Below, one piece after another: positions 11,721 through 24,250 of a stretch of 64,000 bases of DNA (its first letter is position 1; each line of letters opens with the position of its first letter). The stretch comes from Callorhinchus milii (Eukaryota). The position numbers and the translations under genes are program-made. The notes under the pieces are model-generated. The model did not search any database. It was not told the DNA's origin and saw nothing but the letters and a program-made list of their open reading frames with translations. The stretch lies in the NCBI RefSeq assembly GCF_018977255.1, contig NW_024704742.1:46068001-46132000 (forward strand). Reading direction: 5' to 3'.

Positions 11721-12564
11721 TTTCAAATAAATACATTTATTTTACTTTTAGAACAAGTCTTTGTCCATGTAGCATTATTATTATGTTTGTCTCTGATAAT
11801 ACACTATATTTGAATTGTCTTTTGAACAAGTATTGCAAACCATAACCAATACAAAATAAACAATATAATACTGCATAATTCAAGTAAGATATATCAAACA
11901 CACTATTTTGATCATCCTTTAAAAATTATATAACCACATAGCATAGTAATATGGTGATTTCTAAGGTTGGTAACTGTGTCAAAAGAAAATATTTCTACCC
12001 TCAGAAAGACTCCAGTAATATAATCAGAGGGTGACATTAATGCTTCAGGAAATTAAATTCCATCAACACTCTCCAGAGTTACTGGTGACTGATCTTTCCA
12101 ATTTCCACTTTTCTGCAGAGCCGTATTTATATTAGGATCTTTGCAATAAACAAAGCTTGAACCATTGTGTAGTCTATTATTCTTGGGCCAACAGAGCCAC
12201 CTGAAGATAGAGTGAAGGTCTATTGACAAGATCTCCCCTGTAATATCAATAAATATCCTTTCAAATCATTTCCTATGACGATATCTTATAAAACAAAGGA
12301 TGAAAGTTATCTGTATAAAACCATTTTTACAGAAAGCAGATTTACTAACTTAAGGCCTCAAATTCCAATATTCTTAGGCAAGTTGGGCCATTTTGCCTTA
12401 AAACTCAAGTTTTTTGCAGAATTGTAGGCATTTCTGACAATAAGACTTAATTTGGAAGCAGATCCTCAGTTTATAAAAAAAGTCTTTTATATTTTCCACA
12501 AATCTCTGCAATTTAAAATTTTAAGAGAAAATAATAACTAGTCAATAAAAAAAATATAAATAGT

Positions 12565-12977
12565 TTAAATGGTGTCTTTTACTTCAGGAGGATATTGCAA
12601 AGAACTTCACAGGATTTCTATAAAGTATAGTAACCTATATATTTTTAGGTAAATGCAGGGCCAATTTTCACACATCTATTTCTTACAAACAGACATTAAA
12701 TTGATTTCCATTTTGTATCTAGGGGTTGTTGGTCAGGACTTCAGGAGAAATGCCCTTCTTTTTTTGAATAGTGCCAAGGGATCTTTAACATTGAATTGAA
12801 CAGGCAGATGAGTAGGGAATTTGGTTTAGTGCCTCATCTGAAGTATAGAGCTTATGACAGCCATTGCACTGGAGTGTCAGCCTGGACTATGTGAGTTAAA
12901 ATCTCTGGCATGAGGCTTGAACCCATAACTTTCTAATTTAGAGGTAAGAGTTCTACCAAATTAGCCAGGCTGACATC
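12565..12977 (-). mobile_element. Near full-length old Deu-domain SINE with tRNA-like head
   Basis: Minus strand begins GATGTCAGCCTGGCTAATTTGGTAG...GGGTTCAAGCC (A and B boxes), then AGGCTGACACTCCAGTGCA, ATCCCTTGGCACTATTC and the shared 3' region. Confidence 0.8.
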
Positions 12978-13046
12978 TAGTATTTATTGTGGTGACTTTA
13001 CTTCCTTTGGTATTAATGTATAGCTCCAGAAGAAAGTTTTAAGTTT

Positions 13047-13372
13047 GTGGAGTCCTGTAGCTCAGTGGTTAGAGCGCTCGCTTTGCAAGTGAGAGACCTG
13101 AGTTCAATTCCAGGCAGGGCGAAATCTTGGGCGAGTTTCCTTACTCCACACACCTAATAATAATCCCTCCAAAACCAAAAACAATAATAAATTGGTCATT
13201 TTCAATCCACGACTGTTTGTGGGACATTGCTGTGCGCAACTGGCTGCCGCGTTCGCCCACAAGTATACAGTCAATTCACTTTACAGTGTGTTCTGTGAAG
13301 CGCTTTGGGACGTCCTCCCGACGTGAACAGCGCTATATCAAATGCAAGGATTATTATTATTATTATTATTAT
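13047..13372 (+). mobile_element. Young tRNA(Ala)-like SINE, short variant, full length
   Basis: Head GTAGCTCAGTGGTTAGAGCG (A box), TTTGCAA loop, GAGTTCAATTCC (B box); Deu-type 3' half; tail GCGCTATATCAAATGCAAGG(ATT)n; highly similar to 15999-16329. Confidence 0.92.
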
Positions 13373-14823
13373 ATTATACTGTGATAAATATTTCAATATT
13401 TCAGCCTACGGAAATGAATACTAACTAAATCCATTTTACTCAAATTTCGCCAACTAAAATCAAATTGAACGGGGCAATATTTACACATCAAAACATAAAT
13501 ATGTATTAAAACGTCATGATGAGGGACTCATGGGATATGTTGATTTGAAAATTCCGGTAAATCTGAATGTAAAACTGACCCTAGAAGATTTGAAATTTCT
13601 TTTCATCCAAAGTTTCACTCAAAATGTTATCACTGATGATGAGGCCAGATTGTGGTGTTTCCACAAATTTGTTTGTATGCAACATTTTGTTTATGCTAAA
13701 TAGTAATCTGGGTCAATGTTGTGTATAAATTGACTGCCATGTACACTTACAAATAGTCACTACCCTCACCAGTAATTACTGTAAAGCACTTTGAGACATT
13801 TTAATATATAGTTACTATATTGAATGCAAGAATTATTATTATTAACAATAATAACCATTATTCAATTTTTATGCCACCCGAAGCCTTGTTGCACACTTAG
13901 GGATTAGACTATGTACCAGAGGTTGCATAGCACAAAATCGATTGATCTGAGAAGAATTCTTACAAGAACGTATTTTACTTGATGGGACTAGCATTAAGTA
14001 CCATACACATCTAACCTTTATGATCCTCATTTCCAACAATTGGAAAGGAAGTTTTAACTTACTTGGATGATGAAAGAAAAGGAGCACCTGAGTAAAGCAT
14101 AGGGGATTTGTCATCGATATGGGTGCAAATCAAAGAACTACAGGAACAACTGCCAGTGGAATAAATTATATCACATGTAAATACATATGCCTATAAATGT
14201 GAGACAGCAGTGAGTCAATGTTAATATTCTCCTCATAATTTGCAAGCATCTTGACAAGAACAATCCAAAAAAAACCACATATAATGCAAATAGCTTAGAA
14301 CAGTAATCATTTTAATTGTGTCAAGAGTGAAACAAAATAATGAATGTTATCATTCGACTAAAATCATTCGACACAATAATACATATATTACACCTCATGG
14401 TTCCAAATAGGCTTGTGTATAGGTTATAGATTAACAGTCAATGTCTTAGCAATATGCTGTGTAGTGCTTTGCAGTATGCAGTGCTTACTAAACTGAATCA
14501 AAAAACATCATTAAATGAACTCAGTTTCGACATATCTATACATTAATATTACTCGTCAGTATATTGTGATGGGAGGGCTGGGTATTCTGGAAAGATAAGA
14601 CCGGAAGGGGCAAAGGGCATTCTTCATCCAAATCAATCTTATCATCTTGTGACTGCTGCAGCCTTGGATAGCTCCTCCACCTTGCAGCATTGTTAGGTGA
14701 CTGGGGCTGGTGCATCTCACTAACTAGGCACCTCTCATATGCTGTGTATGATTCTGTAAGAGATGTACATATTCCCTAAAAATAATTCCCGCTTGAAGGA
14801 AGTTTTTGCAGAACATATATACC

Positions 14824-15962
14824 GCCCACGGGATTAATGGGAAAATATTAACATGGATAGAAGAGTGGCTATCGGGTAGAAAGCAGAGAGTAGTGATAAA
14901 CGGATCATTCTCGAATTGACAGGATGTAACTAGTGGAGTGCCACAAGGATCAGTGCTTGGGCCTCAGCTATTTACCATTTACATCAATGATCTGGACGAG
15001 GACATTGAATGTAATGTATCTAAATTCGCGGATGATACTAAACTAGGTAGCAGAGTGAGCTCTCAGGATGATGCAAAAAGATTGCAACAAGATATAGATA
15101 GGCGAGGGGAGTGGGCAAGTAGGTAGCAGATGGAATTCAATATTAGCAAGTATGAAATTATTCACCTAGGTAGCAAGAATAAAAGAACAGATTATTTTCT
15201 GGAAGGGGAGAAGTTAGATAGAGTTAGTATTCAAAGGGATTTGGGTGCCCTTGTACACCAGTCCCAAAACGTTAGTTTGCAGGTGCAGCAAGCAACTAAG
15301 AAGGCGAACGGCATGTTAGCGTTCATTTCGAAAGGTTTGGAATATAAGAGTAGGGAAGTCGTGCTGCAACTGTATACGGCCTTGGTAAGACCGCACCTAG
15401 AGTATTGTGTGCAGTTTTGGTCTCCTTGTTTAAAAAAGGACATACTTGCCCGAGAGGGGGTGCAGCGGAGATTCACTCGTTAGTTCCTGGGATGAGGGGA
15501 CTGACCTATGAGGATAGGCTGAATAAACTAGGGCTGTAATCTCGAGAGTACAGAAGAATTAGGGGGGATCTTATTGAAACATATAAGATTCTTAAAGGGC
15601 TGATAAAGCAGCCACTAAGGGACTGTTTCCCCTGGTAAGAGAATCTATAACCAGGGGTCACAGTCTTAAAATTAAGGGTCAGCCTCTTAGAGCAGAGTTG
15701 AGGAAACATTTCTTCACTCAAAGGGTAGTGAGCGTATGGAATTCACTACCCCAGAAGGCTGTAGATGCTCAGTCCTTGAACATTATTCAAGGCTGAGACT
15801 GATAGATTCTTGAAAAATAGAGGGATTAGGGGATATGGGGATAGGGCAGGTAATCAGAGTTATGTGAGAAGATCAGCCATGATCTTATTGAATGGCGGAG
15901 CAGGCACGAAGGGCCGAATGGCCTACTCCTGCTCCTAATTCTTATGTTCTTATGTTCTTATG
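14824..15962 (+). mobile_element. CR1 LINE (family B, HER1-type tail), 5'-truncated
   Basis: [27 protein letters not shown] and [15 protein letters not shown] with in-frame stops; tail GATCAGCCATGATCTTATTGAATGGCGGAGCAGGC...CCTACTCCTGCTCCT(TTCTTATG)n. Confidence 0.95.
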
Positions 15963-15998
15963 TCCTGGAATATTTGAGGGTACTCAACACCTGTCCCT

Positions 15999-16329
15999 GT
16001 GGAGTCCTGTAACTCAATGGTTGGAGCACTCGCCTTGCAAGCGGGATACCTGGGGTCAATTCCAGGCAGGGCGAAACTTTGGGCAAGTTTCCTTACTCCA
16101 CACGCCTAATAATAATCCCTCCAAAACAAAAAATAATAAATTAGTCATTTTCAATCCACGATTGTTTGTGGGACACTGCTGTGCGCAATTGGCTTCCGTA
16201 TTTCGCCCACAAATATACAGTCAATTCACTTTACAGTATATTTTGTGAAGCGCTTTGAGATGTCTGGAAGACATGAAAAGCGCTATATCAAATGCAAGGA
16301 TTATTATTATTATTAATATTATTATTATT
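15999..16329 (+). mobile_element. Young tRNA(Ala)-like SINE, short variant, full length
   Basis: GTGGAGTCCTGT head and same body and (ATT)n tail as 13047-13372. Confidence 0.92.
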
Positions 16330-17149
16330 TGAGTGCAAGTAAAAATCGTAAACTGATATTAACTATTTCAATGTTTGGCCTCTGGAATTCCAGGCCTCTT
16401 GAGTCACTTTAAAATATTAAAATGAAAATTTCTGTCTGAAAAATCTGGAGCCAACCTTGTGAAAGATTTTGGTTTCTAACCTCAGATCAGTGTTTATCCC
16501 CGAGCCACTGTGAATTAGAGCCAAACAAGCTTTCAATAGAGTGGGCAATATCCATAATCTAAAGCAAAGGAAAGGAATCCTGATCAGAGACTGTACTGTA
16601 TTTTCAAGAGGAACACCATGCTTTATCTAGAGACTTCATGTTTCTATCAGTCAATGGAAAATTAGAAGTGAAGCTGATACTAACTGATGAGGTCTTACAG
16701 AGCTGCTTAAACAAACCTTTCAGAGTTTTTTGCTGAACTCTTGAACAATCTTTCAGAGGTATTCATCAATATTATCATTTATCTATTATCACGCAGGTGC
16801 TCTTTTCAATTATAGCTTTGCGTTTCAAAATAATTGGGAAACTCAGTGTCAAAATGGACTCTTTAGAGAATGAAAAAAGACATGACTGAAGCAAAAATAA
16901 TTGCTGCTGCTTATTACATATGTTTTTTAATCCTATTTTTATTTTTCTTGCCAATCTTCTCCATTCCCACTCCTCACCTGAATGTATTTGACTCATTTTT
17001 TCCTTCCATAAAGGTATATTTCCATCAAGGTCTGCAGTGGCCCAATCCCTCGTCCCATCACTTAATAGTGCTGATGAAGAAGAAATGGCTCATTAAAGTA
17101 ACTTATTAAAAAATAATTCTTACAAATCTTTTTGCAAATCTCGCAATAT

Positions 17150-17330
17150 AAACTTTCCTTCCCACGCCATCCTTTCCTTTCACTTCTCTGCAGCACTGAG
17201 GCCAATTGTACCACTAGCTCCTCAGAACCAGTTGAGGTCAGCTCTTTCAGCACAGACTACAGATTGAACATGGTACCTTTACCAAACAAACGGTTAGTCA
17301 AATTCTGGAGGAGTTGTTTTAATCCCAATT
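17150..17330 (-). mobile_element. Ancient SINE relic, AmnSINE2-like
   Basis: Minus strand AGGTACCATGTTCAATCTGTAGTCTGTGCTGAAAGAGCTGACCTCAAC...TACAATTGGCCTCAGTGC resembles the AmnSINE2 B-box and body from memory. Confidence 0.45.
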
Positions 17331-18661
17331 GCAGAATTCAGCCATGTTTCCTTTTCAGCAGTTATAATTGTTTACCAGTCTGTTTCACTGGCAAGTGCAA
17401 TGTTGTGTTCCTTGTTAAACATGGATAAGCTGCACTGAGTGACTGAGGAGATAGAATGGCACACCCATAGATTACAGTGTAAAACATGACAGGATTGAAT
17501 TCTACAATCAATCTACCACTGATCCATACTAAGAATCAGTTTTATGCTGGTATTCTCAAATCTCTCTGGGTAAGGACAATGTTAATCTTTTCTTTGAATC
17601 AGTTAAGAGAAAGCAAGCTGCAGAAGGCTGAAAATATAAAACAAGTATTCATTTTTCACCATGAAAGGTTTATAAACGCAGCTAGTACTCTAAGATAATT
17701 GCTGCCTTGCATTTAGCACAAAAGAAGAAGTGGTTAAACAGATCTGCCTAAGGGTGACCTGCCAGCTAAAACGCTGGAGTGCTACAGACGTAATCTTAAC
17801 TGATATTTGCATTCACGTCATCAGAAGGTAGAGTTAATTCACTGGATTATCAGTGAGAGAGAGGGAAACCTTTGAAGTGTAGAGGTTCATGTAACATTGC
17901 ACCAGTAAGAGGAGCTGGGGTACTTCATGGTATCTGTCATCTTCCTCATCTTATCCTGACAGGAAAAGATAAGTGTGTTTGTAGCAGGGAGGGCAAAGTA
18001 GAAAAGATAATTCAATCGTATATTATATTAAAGATGAAAAANCGTAACTGAAGCCCTAGCGAATGTTATGTATTTTCCTATTTTTAGCATCAATGTGCTG
18101 ATCTGACAAGTAAGGTGGGTGGTTAGTTTAAACCAGGAGATCCAGGTTCCGAGTGACAGGAAACCAGTTCTGTGATATATGAGAGTCACCAGGTAGTGAT
18201 AGTTGGGTAAGAACCTCATTGAGCTTACCTCAATCAATTATTAAAACCTGGGTAAGACTTGGGACCTGTCAAGCAATCAATATCCGTCACAATTCTGTTG
18301 TCAACTTCCAACGGCATCATTATTTCAACTTCTCCATCCACAAAGGTAACAGGAGATTTATTACCCTGCAGCCTTAAATCATAGTTTATAAAAAGACAAA
18401 CACAGTACTGCTTTTTGTTTTGGCAAGAAGCCATAACAAGTCCTAAAAGTACAGATTTAGATGAATGTTCAACTGGGACAGATGACTCTGCTGTTTCAAA
18501 TGAAGTTATTAATAATATTGGACTTGAAACAATGAGAGATACAGTGCACATAACCTGCGCAATATCCAGGAACAGAAATGTACCACAAAGGAAAGGGAAT
18601 TGGCAATCACTACATGTGATCATTCAATGCTTTTCTAAATCTGGTGTTTTGTATGTGGCTA

Positions 18662-18960
18662 TGCGTCAGCCTGGCTGAAGTGGCACCTTTGGCCTCTGAG
18701 TGAGAAGAATGAGGTTCATGGGAGACTTGAGAATTATGAACTCATATAATCTAGGCTGACACTCCAGTGCAAGTCTGGGGGTGTGATATATTGTTGGAGG
18801 TACTGTCCTTCTGATGAAACATTAAATCAGGGTCGCATCTGCCTGTTCAAGTGAATGAATGTTAATTGCTGGAGATCCTGTGGCACGATTTTTTAAAGAG
18901 AAAGACGTTTCTTCAGATGTCTTGCCAACAGTCACTCATATACAATTGATCATTCACTGC
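18662..18960 (+). mobile_element. Old Deu-domain SINE, 5' portion
   Basis: GTCAGCCTGGCT head, CTAGGCTGACACTCCAGTGCA, TCTGCCTGTTCA, matching 12565-12977. Confidence 0.75.
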
Positions 18961-19952
18961 AAGGCTTATCATTATTATCATTATTAATTTTAACTGTTCA
19001 GTATTGTGGAATCAGAATTTACCATTCATTAATTATGTGATGTTTTAAAATAATTTAGCCTGACTGGTGAAGCAATAATAAAATGAGAAATGTTTACTGA
19101 TTATCTTGTTCGAATTCTAATAATGTGGTACAGTGATTGAACTGTCTGGCAAGGTTTCCTTCTTGTCCAAATAATATCACCTTACGTTTTAGGGCTTTGA
19201 CTTCTAGAGGTCAAATGGGAACAACAACAAAATTAGATTTATAGAGCGTCTTTCACATCGGGAGGACGTCCCAAGGTGCTGGAGAAGTAACCCCATCTCC
19301 TATGTCTGCCACTCCAAGTCCTAAAGAATTGCAAACCTGGTTGGCTCAGGAACTGGACTACTGCAACTAACACACATGGTTAACTCAATTCTGAAATTGC
19401 ATTGCCAAGCACGTCATGTTGGAGCCAGTTCAGCTCAAAGGAGAGCCCGCTTACTTACCTTCCCACCCCACTCCAGCAGGAGTAACAAACAATGTTGGGG
19501 TTTGAAATTAAAACCATTTAAATTCTTCACACACTCATGATGGTTTCTGTTGCCCCAGTAATAAATCAAAATCTTTGTCTGAACTCTTCAACTCATATCT
19601 GCCCTTAAGTAATGGATTTAATCCACTTTGTTTCACAAAGGTGATAAAAATGCTGTACAGGAATTATTTGAATCGTTTAGTTGGAATGCAGGAGCTATTT
19701 TAGTGGCTGTCATTGACAGTCGGTTTGCTGAGTTTACTCTGTGATGTAATTAATCATTGGTTTGTTATTTAACTCAACCCTAATTTGTTCTGTCATCCTT
19801 TTCACTGTCTGCTGCTCAATATGGAGTCCCATTGCCTCAGAATGATCTCAAACTACCTCACTTTGCAGTTATTAAATAACTACAAAGCAAAGACCTTCTC
19901 GGCAGCGTTCAGATATAATCACTTTGCATAGAATGGAAACAGGCCATTCGGA

Positions 19953-20342
19953 TGGTGTCAGCCTGGTATCAAGTAGTGGCACTATAACCCCTAAATCAGC
20001 AGATTGTGAGTTTAAGCCTCACATCTTCCCTTTCATCACACAATACAATTGTGGGCAAGTGTCAGAGGTGCCATCCTTTTGATGAGACGGAGATCTTGTC
20101 TACCTGTTCAGGGGGAATGTCAAAGATCCCATGGCCAGAATCCCATGGCACTTTTGAAAAGAGAAGGGAGTTTCTCCTGGTGTCCAAACCAACAATCCCC
20201 CAGATTCACTTCACTGTTGTTTGTGGGTCATTGTTATGTAGCAATATACTCCTATAAATATAGAGTAAATGATGTGAAGCATTTTGAGATATTTTGACAA
20301 TGTGATAAAGACACTGTACCAAATGCAAGGGTTATTTATTAT
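19953..20342 (+). mobile_element. Old Deu-domain SINE, near full length
   Basis: GGTGTCAGCCTGG head, GATCCCATGGC (locally duplicated), GTTTCTCCTGGTGTCC, TGTTTGTGGG and AAATGCAAGG tail. Confidence 0.8.
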
Positions 20343-20807
20343 TCACTTCTCCCTCATGTATGTTTAATGTGCTTTTTATTCAAAGCTGGTTATAAGAAGC
20401 AGAATGCTTAAGAGTTACAGGTAGTCAATAGCATTGCATAAGATGAAAATTAGATTTTGAAGTAAGATCGGAGGTATTTGAGCTCTGGTGCTGCAGATAC
20501 ATGCTGAAACTTAGTTGGAGAAGGAGAATGTCTAATAAGCAAGTCCTTAAATTGGCACAAGAAGAAAATGACCAGATTGACCAAGGTGAGAAAAATGACA
20601 TTCTCTGACCACATTATTCAAGAGACCTACAGAAAGTTGTTGGCATTGTTACTGCCTGAAAAAAACTGATAGCTATAGACCAAGAGGTAGACAAAGATCA
20701 TGATAGGTAATGTGGCAATGATGCCAGGCAGGGCTACTACAATCCATCTGTGCAAAGAAGGGAAGGTGTGGACTGCATTCTCTGGAGAGCGGAGCAGAGA
20801 AAGCACT

Positions 20808-21040
20808 TAACAACAGCAACAAATTACATTTATATAGCATTTTTCAAGTCGGGAGGACATCCCAAGGCACTGAACAGTCAGGGATTTGGATCCGAGCTGG
20901 AGGTTGAGAACACGAGAGGTGGAGGGCAGGGAGAGTAGGGGTAGGAGAGTGGCGGAAGGCGTGGTTGAAGAGGAGGGTCTTGAGACGTGCCTGAAGGAGG
21001 CAAGGGAGGGAGCGAGGCAAAGCATGGGATTGGAAAACAT
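20808..21040 (-). mobile_element. L2 3' fragment
   Basis: CAACAAATTACATTTATATAGC...GGAGGACATCCCAAGGCAC tail and purine-rich L2 3' region. Confidence 0.85.
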
Positions 21041-21237
21041 TTTACAGATGTCTTAATAGCATTTAATCGACAGCCTACAGCATGGCCTGATGTGAGAATC
21101 CTAAATTAATTTGCAATTGTTGTTTTCTCTTTTTTGTTTTCCCTCCATCTTGGTATCTAGCTGTAGCAGATAACACAAATGTGTATGTTTATTAAATCTT
21201 TATCTCTGCACAAAGAAACAGCACTACAGCCCTCCTT

Positions 21238-21420
21238 CTTCACACACATGCACACGCATACACAGACAGAAACACACATACAAACGCAGGCACTCAAATA
21301 CACACAAACACATACACAAACAAATAAACCTATCAACATACACATGTAAAAATATTCATGCATACGTACATTCACATACAAACACATACAATGCCCCCAC
21401 ACACACATATATATATAACA
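21238..21420. repeat. Degenerate (CA)n-rich low-complexity tract
   Basis: CACACACATGCACACGCATACACAGAC... directly visible. Confidence 0.9.
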
Positions 21421-22254
21421 ACAAATTACATTTGTATAGTGCCTTTAAAGTCTGGAGGATGTCCCAAGGCACTGATATACACACAAGTGCATACACCACA
21501 CACATATACCTAAATAAAAGCTATTTTCCTATTGACAAACCCATGAAAATCATGTTTAGTAAATATGTCAAGAAAGTAGTCATTTACAGAAAATAAATAA
21601 CTTGTCGGTGGCAGAGCCATAAAACCCGCTCTTTCCCTGTGATTTATTCAGCCCAAAGCAACTCAGTGGTTTATTTTCCATAAATCATCACTACACAGTG
21701 TGTACACTGCAGAGAGAGGCTGGAGACCTACTGCAAGTAGAATTTATATCACTCATATACCAATCGTCAGGGATAGAGGACTGCAAGATTTGATTTGTTT
21801 TTACTTTGGGACTAGCCAAATGGAACACAATGATCTTTTCCAGTTCTTTAAATTCCTATATTTCTGTAACAAACGGGGAGCTCTGCGTAACCTCATTGCA
21901 AACAAATACTGCAGTGAAAGGTGTGATATGTGCAAATGTTGGAAAAAGCAAGATTATGATAATGAAAACATCAACTGGTTCCAAATCTGACCAACCAGAC
22001 TGTCACCCCCACCATACTCTGATACCCTCTCCAATGGTCCTACTGGGGGATTCTTGTGCATTTGGCTTCTTGTTAACACATCACTCATTGTGCCTAGCTT
22101 GTGCCTCAAATTACAGGGGGCCGTGACATAGACAGAGGCAAAACACTGGTAGGGAAGTCGAAAACAAAGCAAGAATTCAAGATTGTGACTGGGGGAATAA
22201 TAATAATAAATAATAATCCTTGCATTTGATGTAGTGTATTATTACATCATCAAA

Positions 22255-22530
22255 TCTTACTTTCTTTTCGACTGCGCCTTTGGTCACCTTCTTCCTCCTC
22301 CCCCCAGCTCGGCTCCGCGATCTGTTACTGTGAAGCGCTCTGAGACGCCGTCCAGTGTGAAGGGTGCTATATAAATCCAAGTTGTTGTTGTTGTTATTTC
22401 TTTGACTGCACTTTCAGTCATATTTCTGCTCCCCATCCCCTCGGCTCTTTCCTCCAGATCAGGTGCACAACCAGTACTGTGAATGTCCATTTTGTTGACC
22501 TCTCAATGTGAATGGTGCTAAATAAATGTC
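22255..22530 (+). mobile_element. Two tandem L2 3'-end fragments
   Basis: Each begins near TT(C/T)GACTGC...CTTT..GTCA and ends in a GTGCTA(T/A)ATAAAT tail; the first ends in (TTG)n at about 22395. Confidence 0.7.
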
Positions 22531-23422
22531 AGGTCATCGCCAATGCCATTTCCTGCACAATATGGTAATCTGATTACCATGAAGTCGGTCACTTTGGCAT
22601 TTCCACTTGCCTGATAACATTTTACCTTTCTGTGCATTTACATGCTCAGGAAATATGGAAACACTGATCGGTGATTGTGCCCCATTATACCCTTCATTGG
22701 GATTTTATGGACCCCTCAACTACCACATTATAAGAACGACTTTCCACAGTAAAACAAATCTTAGATCTACATCTATATGAATTTGGAAGGAAAACAGTTT
22801 GCTGGATTAGAAGAACCTGGAATTCTAGCCAGAATTTTAGCAGTTTCCTTTCTGTTCAGGGTTGCAATTTCCAATTGTTTCTCAGGGTCTGATTATAACA
22901 CTGGTATATGATGTTATCAACAATATTTTCCTTTGTTACAGCTGCAAAGAAACACACATTAATTGGCATTTTCTATCATCATTGCAATCGGTCTCTTGGC
23001 ATTCATGACAGGCCAGAGTTAAAAAAGGGGAGCACGTGAAACAAAATGGATCAACCTTGATCAGCCCTTGTTACGCTAAGTCACACATTCTTAGAGTCAG
23101 TGGGATTTGAGAGAAGATCAGGGATAAAATGAGCGGTTCCATAACGCATAATAGATTGCTACGTGTTTCCTGATAGATCCTGATAGATTGGAGCTGCAAA
23201 TTCACAGGAATACACAAAGCATCTGACTGAATCACTACTCAGCATTACTAAAGTGCAGCCGCACCTTTAACATTAGGCTTGTTTCTTTTTTTCTTTCTCT
23301 CTTTCTGATGTTCTTTAGCCCGATAATTCCTTTTAGATTGGAAACACGGAAGTTATAAAAGATGGATAAGACCTTCCCCCTCCCCCAGTGTTCAACGATT
23401 TATTACACTTACATTTCCTTAC

Positions 23423-23543
23423 CTGTTCGTCCTGACGAGAGGAAGATGCATGTGTCTGAGATGTAATGTTCTTAGCAAAACCGTTGCAGCCATTTGATAC
23501 AATTTTTGGTGACATTTTAGAGAACAGACACAGTGGGCAAAAC
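23423..23543 (-). other. Candidate internal exon (121 bp) of an unidentified minus-strand transcript
   Basis: Minus strand has a branch-like ACTAAT, a T-rich tract, acceptor TTTGTTAACAG|G and donor CAG|GTAAGG; two reading frames are open; non-repetitive context. No recognisable protein. Confidence 0.35.
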
Positions 23544-23984
23544 CTGTTAACAAAGATAATTTGAAAAATTAGTTGTTAAAAAGATATTCTCTCTGGATCT
23601 TGAAGGATATGAATGGGGATGAAGACACACACAAAACAAAATGACTGCACTGATTTGGATTTTACACTTGTGAGCTTGTGACTTCCTGCAACAGAGAGAT
23701 TGTCTTCACTGTGTTCAGTCACTGCCCATTGTAAACTAGATATCTTCAATCCACAGAATTAAAAAGAAAATATATCTATATATATTTCTTGGACTGACAC
23801 AAACATTTTCTTACAGTTTTTGCTTAGAAAATGCTTCCTAATTTTGGAAGTATGGAAAAGAGGGCGAGTAAATGATTTTAGGAATGCTTATTCTCAGGAG
23901 CTTTCAGCACAGCAACATACAATTTATTACATAAATAGGCAGTTCCAAAAAGGCATTCAAGCGCAGAGGCAGGCTGGGCATGTG

Positions 23985-24250
23985 TAATATATAAGGGTGA
24001 CAAATGAAAGTTTTTTTAAACAGAGGGTCATTAGGACATGGAATGCCCTTCCAAAAAATGACTGCTGAAGCAGAATCCCTCATAGTTTTTAAAAGGGAAT
24101 TAGACCAATGTACAAAAAAGGAAATTGCAATATAAAAGGCTAATGGGGAAAACACATGAGAATGGGGCTAAGTGGATAGCTGCTTCAGGCATTTGGCAAA
24201 GTCATGATTGGCTGAATGGCCTCCATTCTGCTGTGAAATTCTATCTTTCT
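23985..24250 (+). mobile_element. Old CR1 3' fragment
   Basis: CAGAGGGTCATTAGGACATGGAATGCCCTTCC (RV..TWNALP) and tail GGCTGAATGGCCTCCATTCTGCTGTGAAATTCTAT. Confidence 0.8.

Noticed and set aside
13051..13120. tRNA-Ala(TGC)-like sequence (also at 16003, 45764 and minus-strand copies)
   Set aside because: No paired acceptor stem, and it continues into a repeated SINE body and tail; it is a SINE head, not a tRNA gene.
16684..16720. CTGATGA suggesting a hammerhead ribozyme core or snoRNA C box (also TGATGA near 13635 and 39017)
   Set aside because: No correctly placed GAAA with stems, and no D box with a terminal stem.
18042..18042. Single N after an A run
   Set aside because: Assembly ambiguity rather than biology; it is a reminder that some frameshifts and junctions could be assembly errors.
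18229..18365. Minus-strand exon candidate (GNKSPVTFVDGEVEIMMPLEVDNRIV...) with donor GAG|GTAAGC
   Set aside because: Weak acceptor, all three frames stop before the donor, and the peptide is not recognised.
22225..22256. Apparent fold-back at a SINE tail (ATTTGATGTAGT...ATTACATCATCAAAT)
   Set aside because: Largely explained by the normal, partly self-complementary SINE tail sequence.
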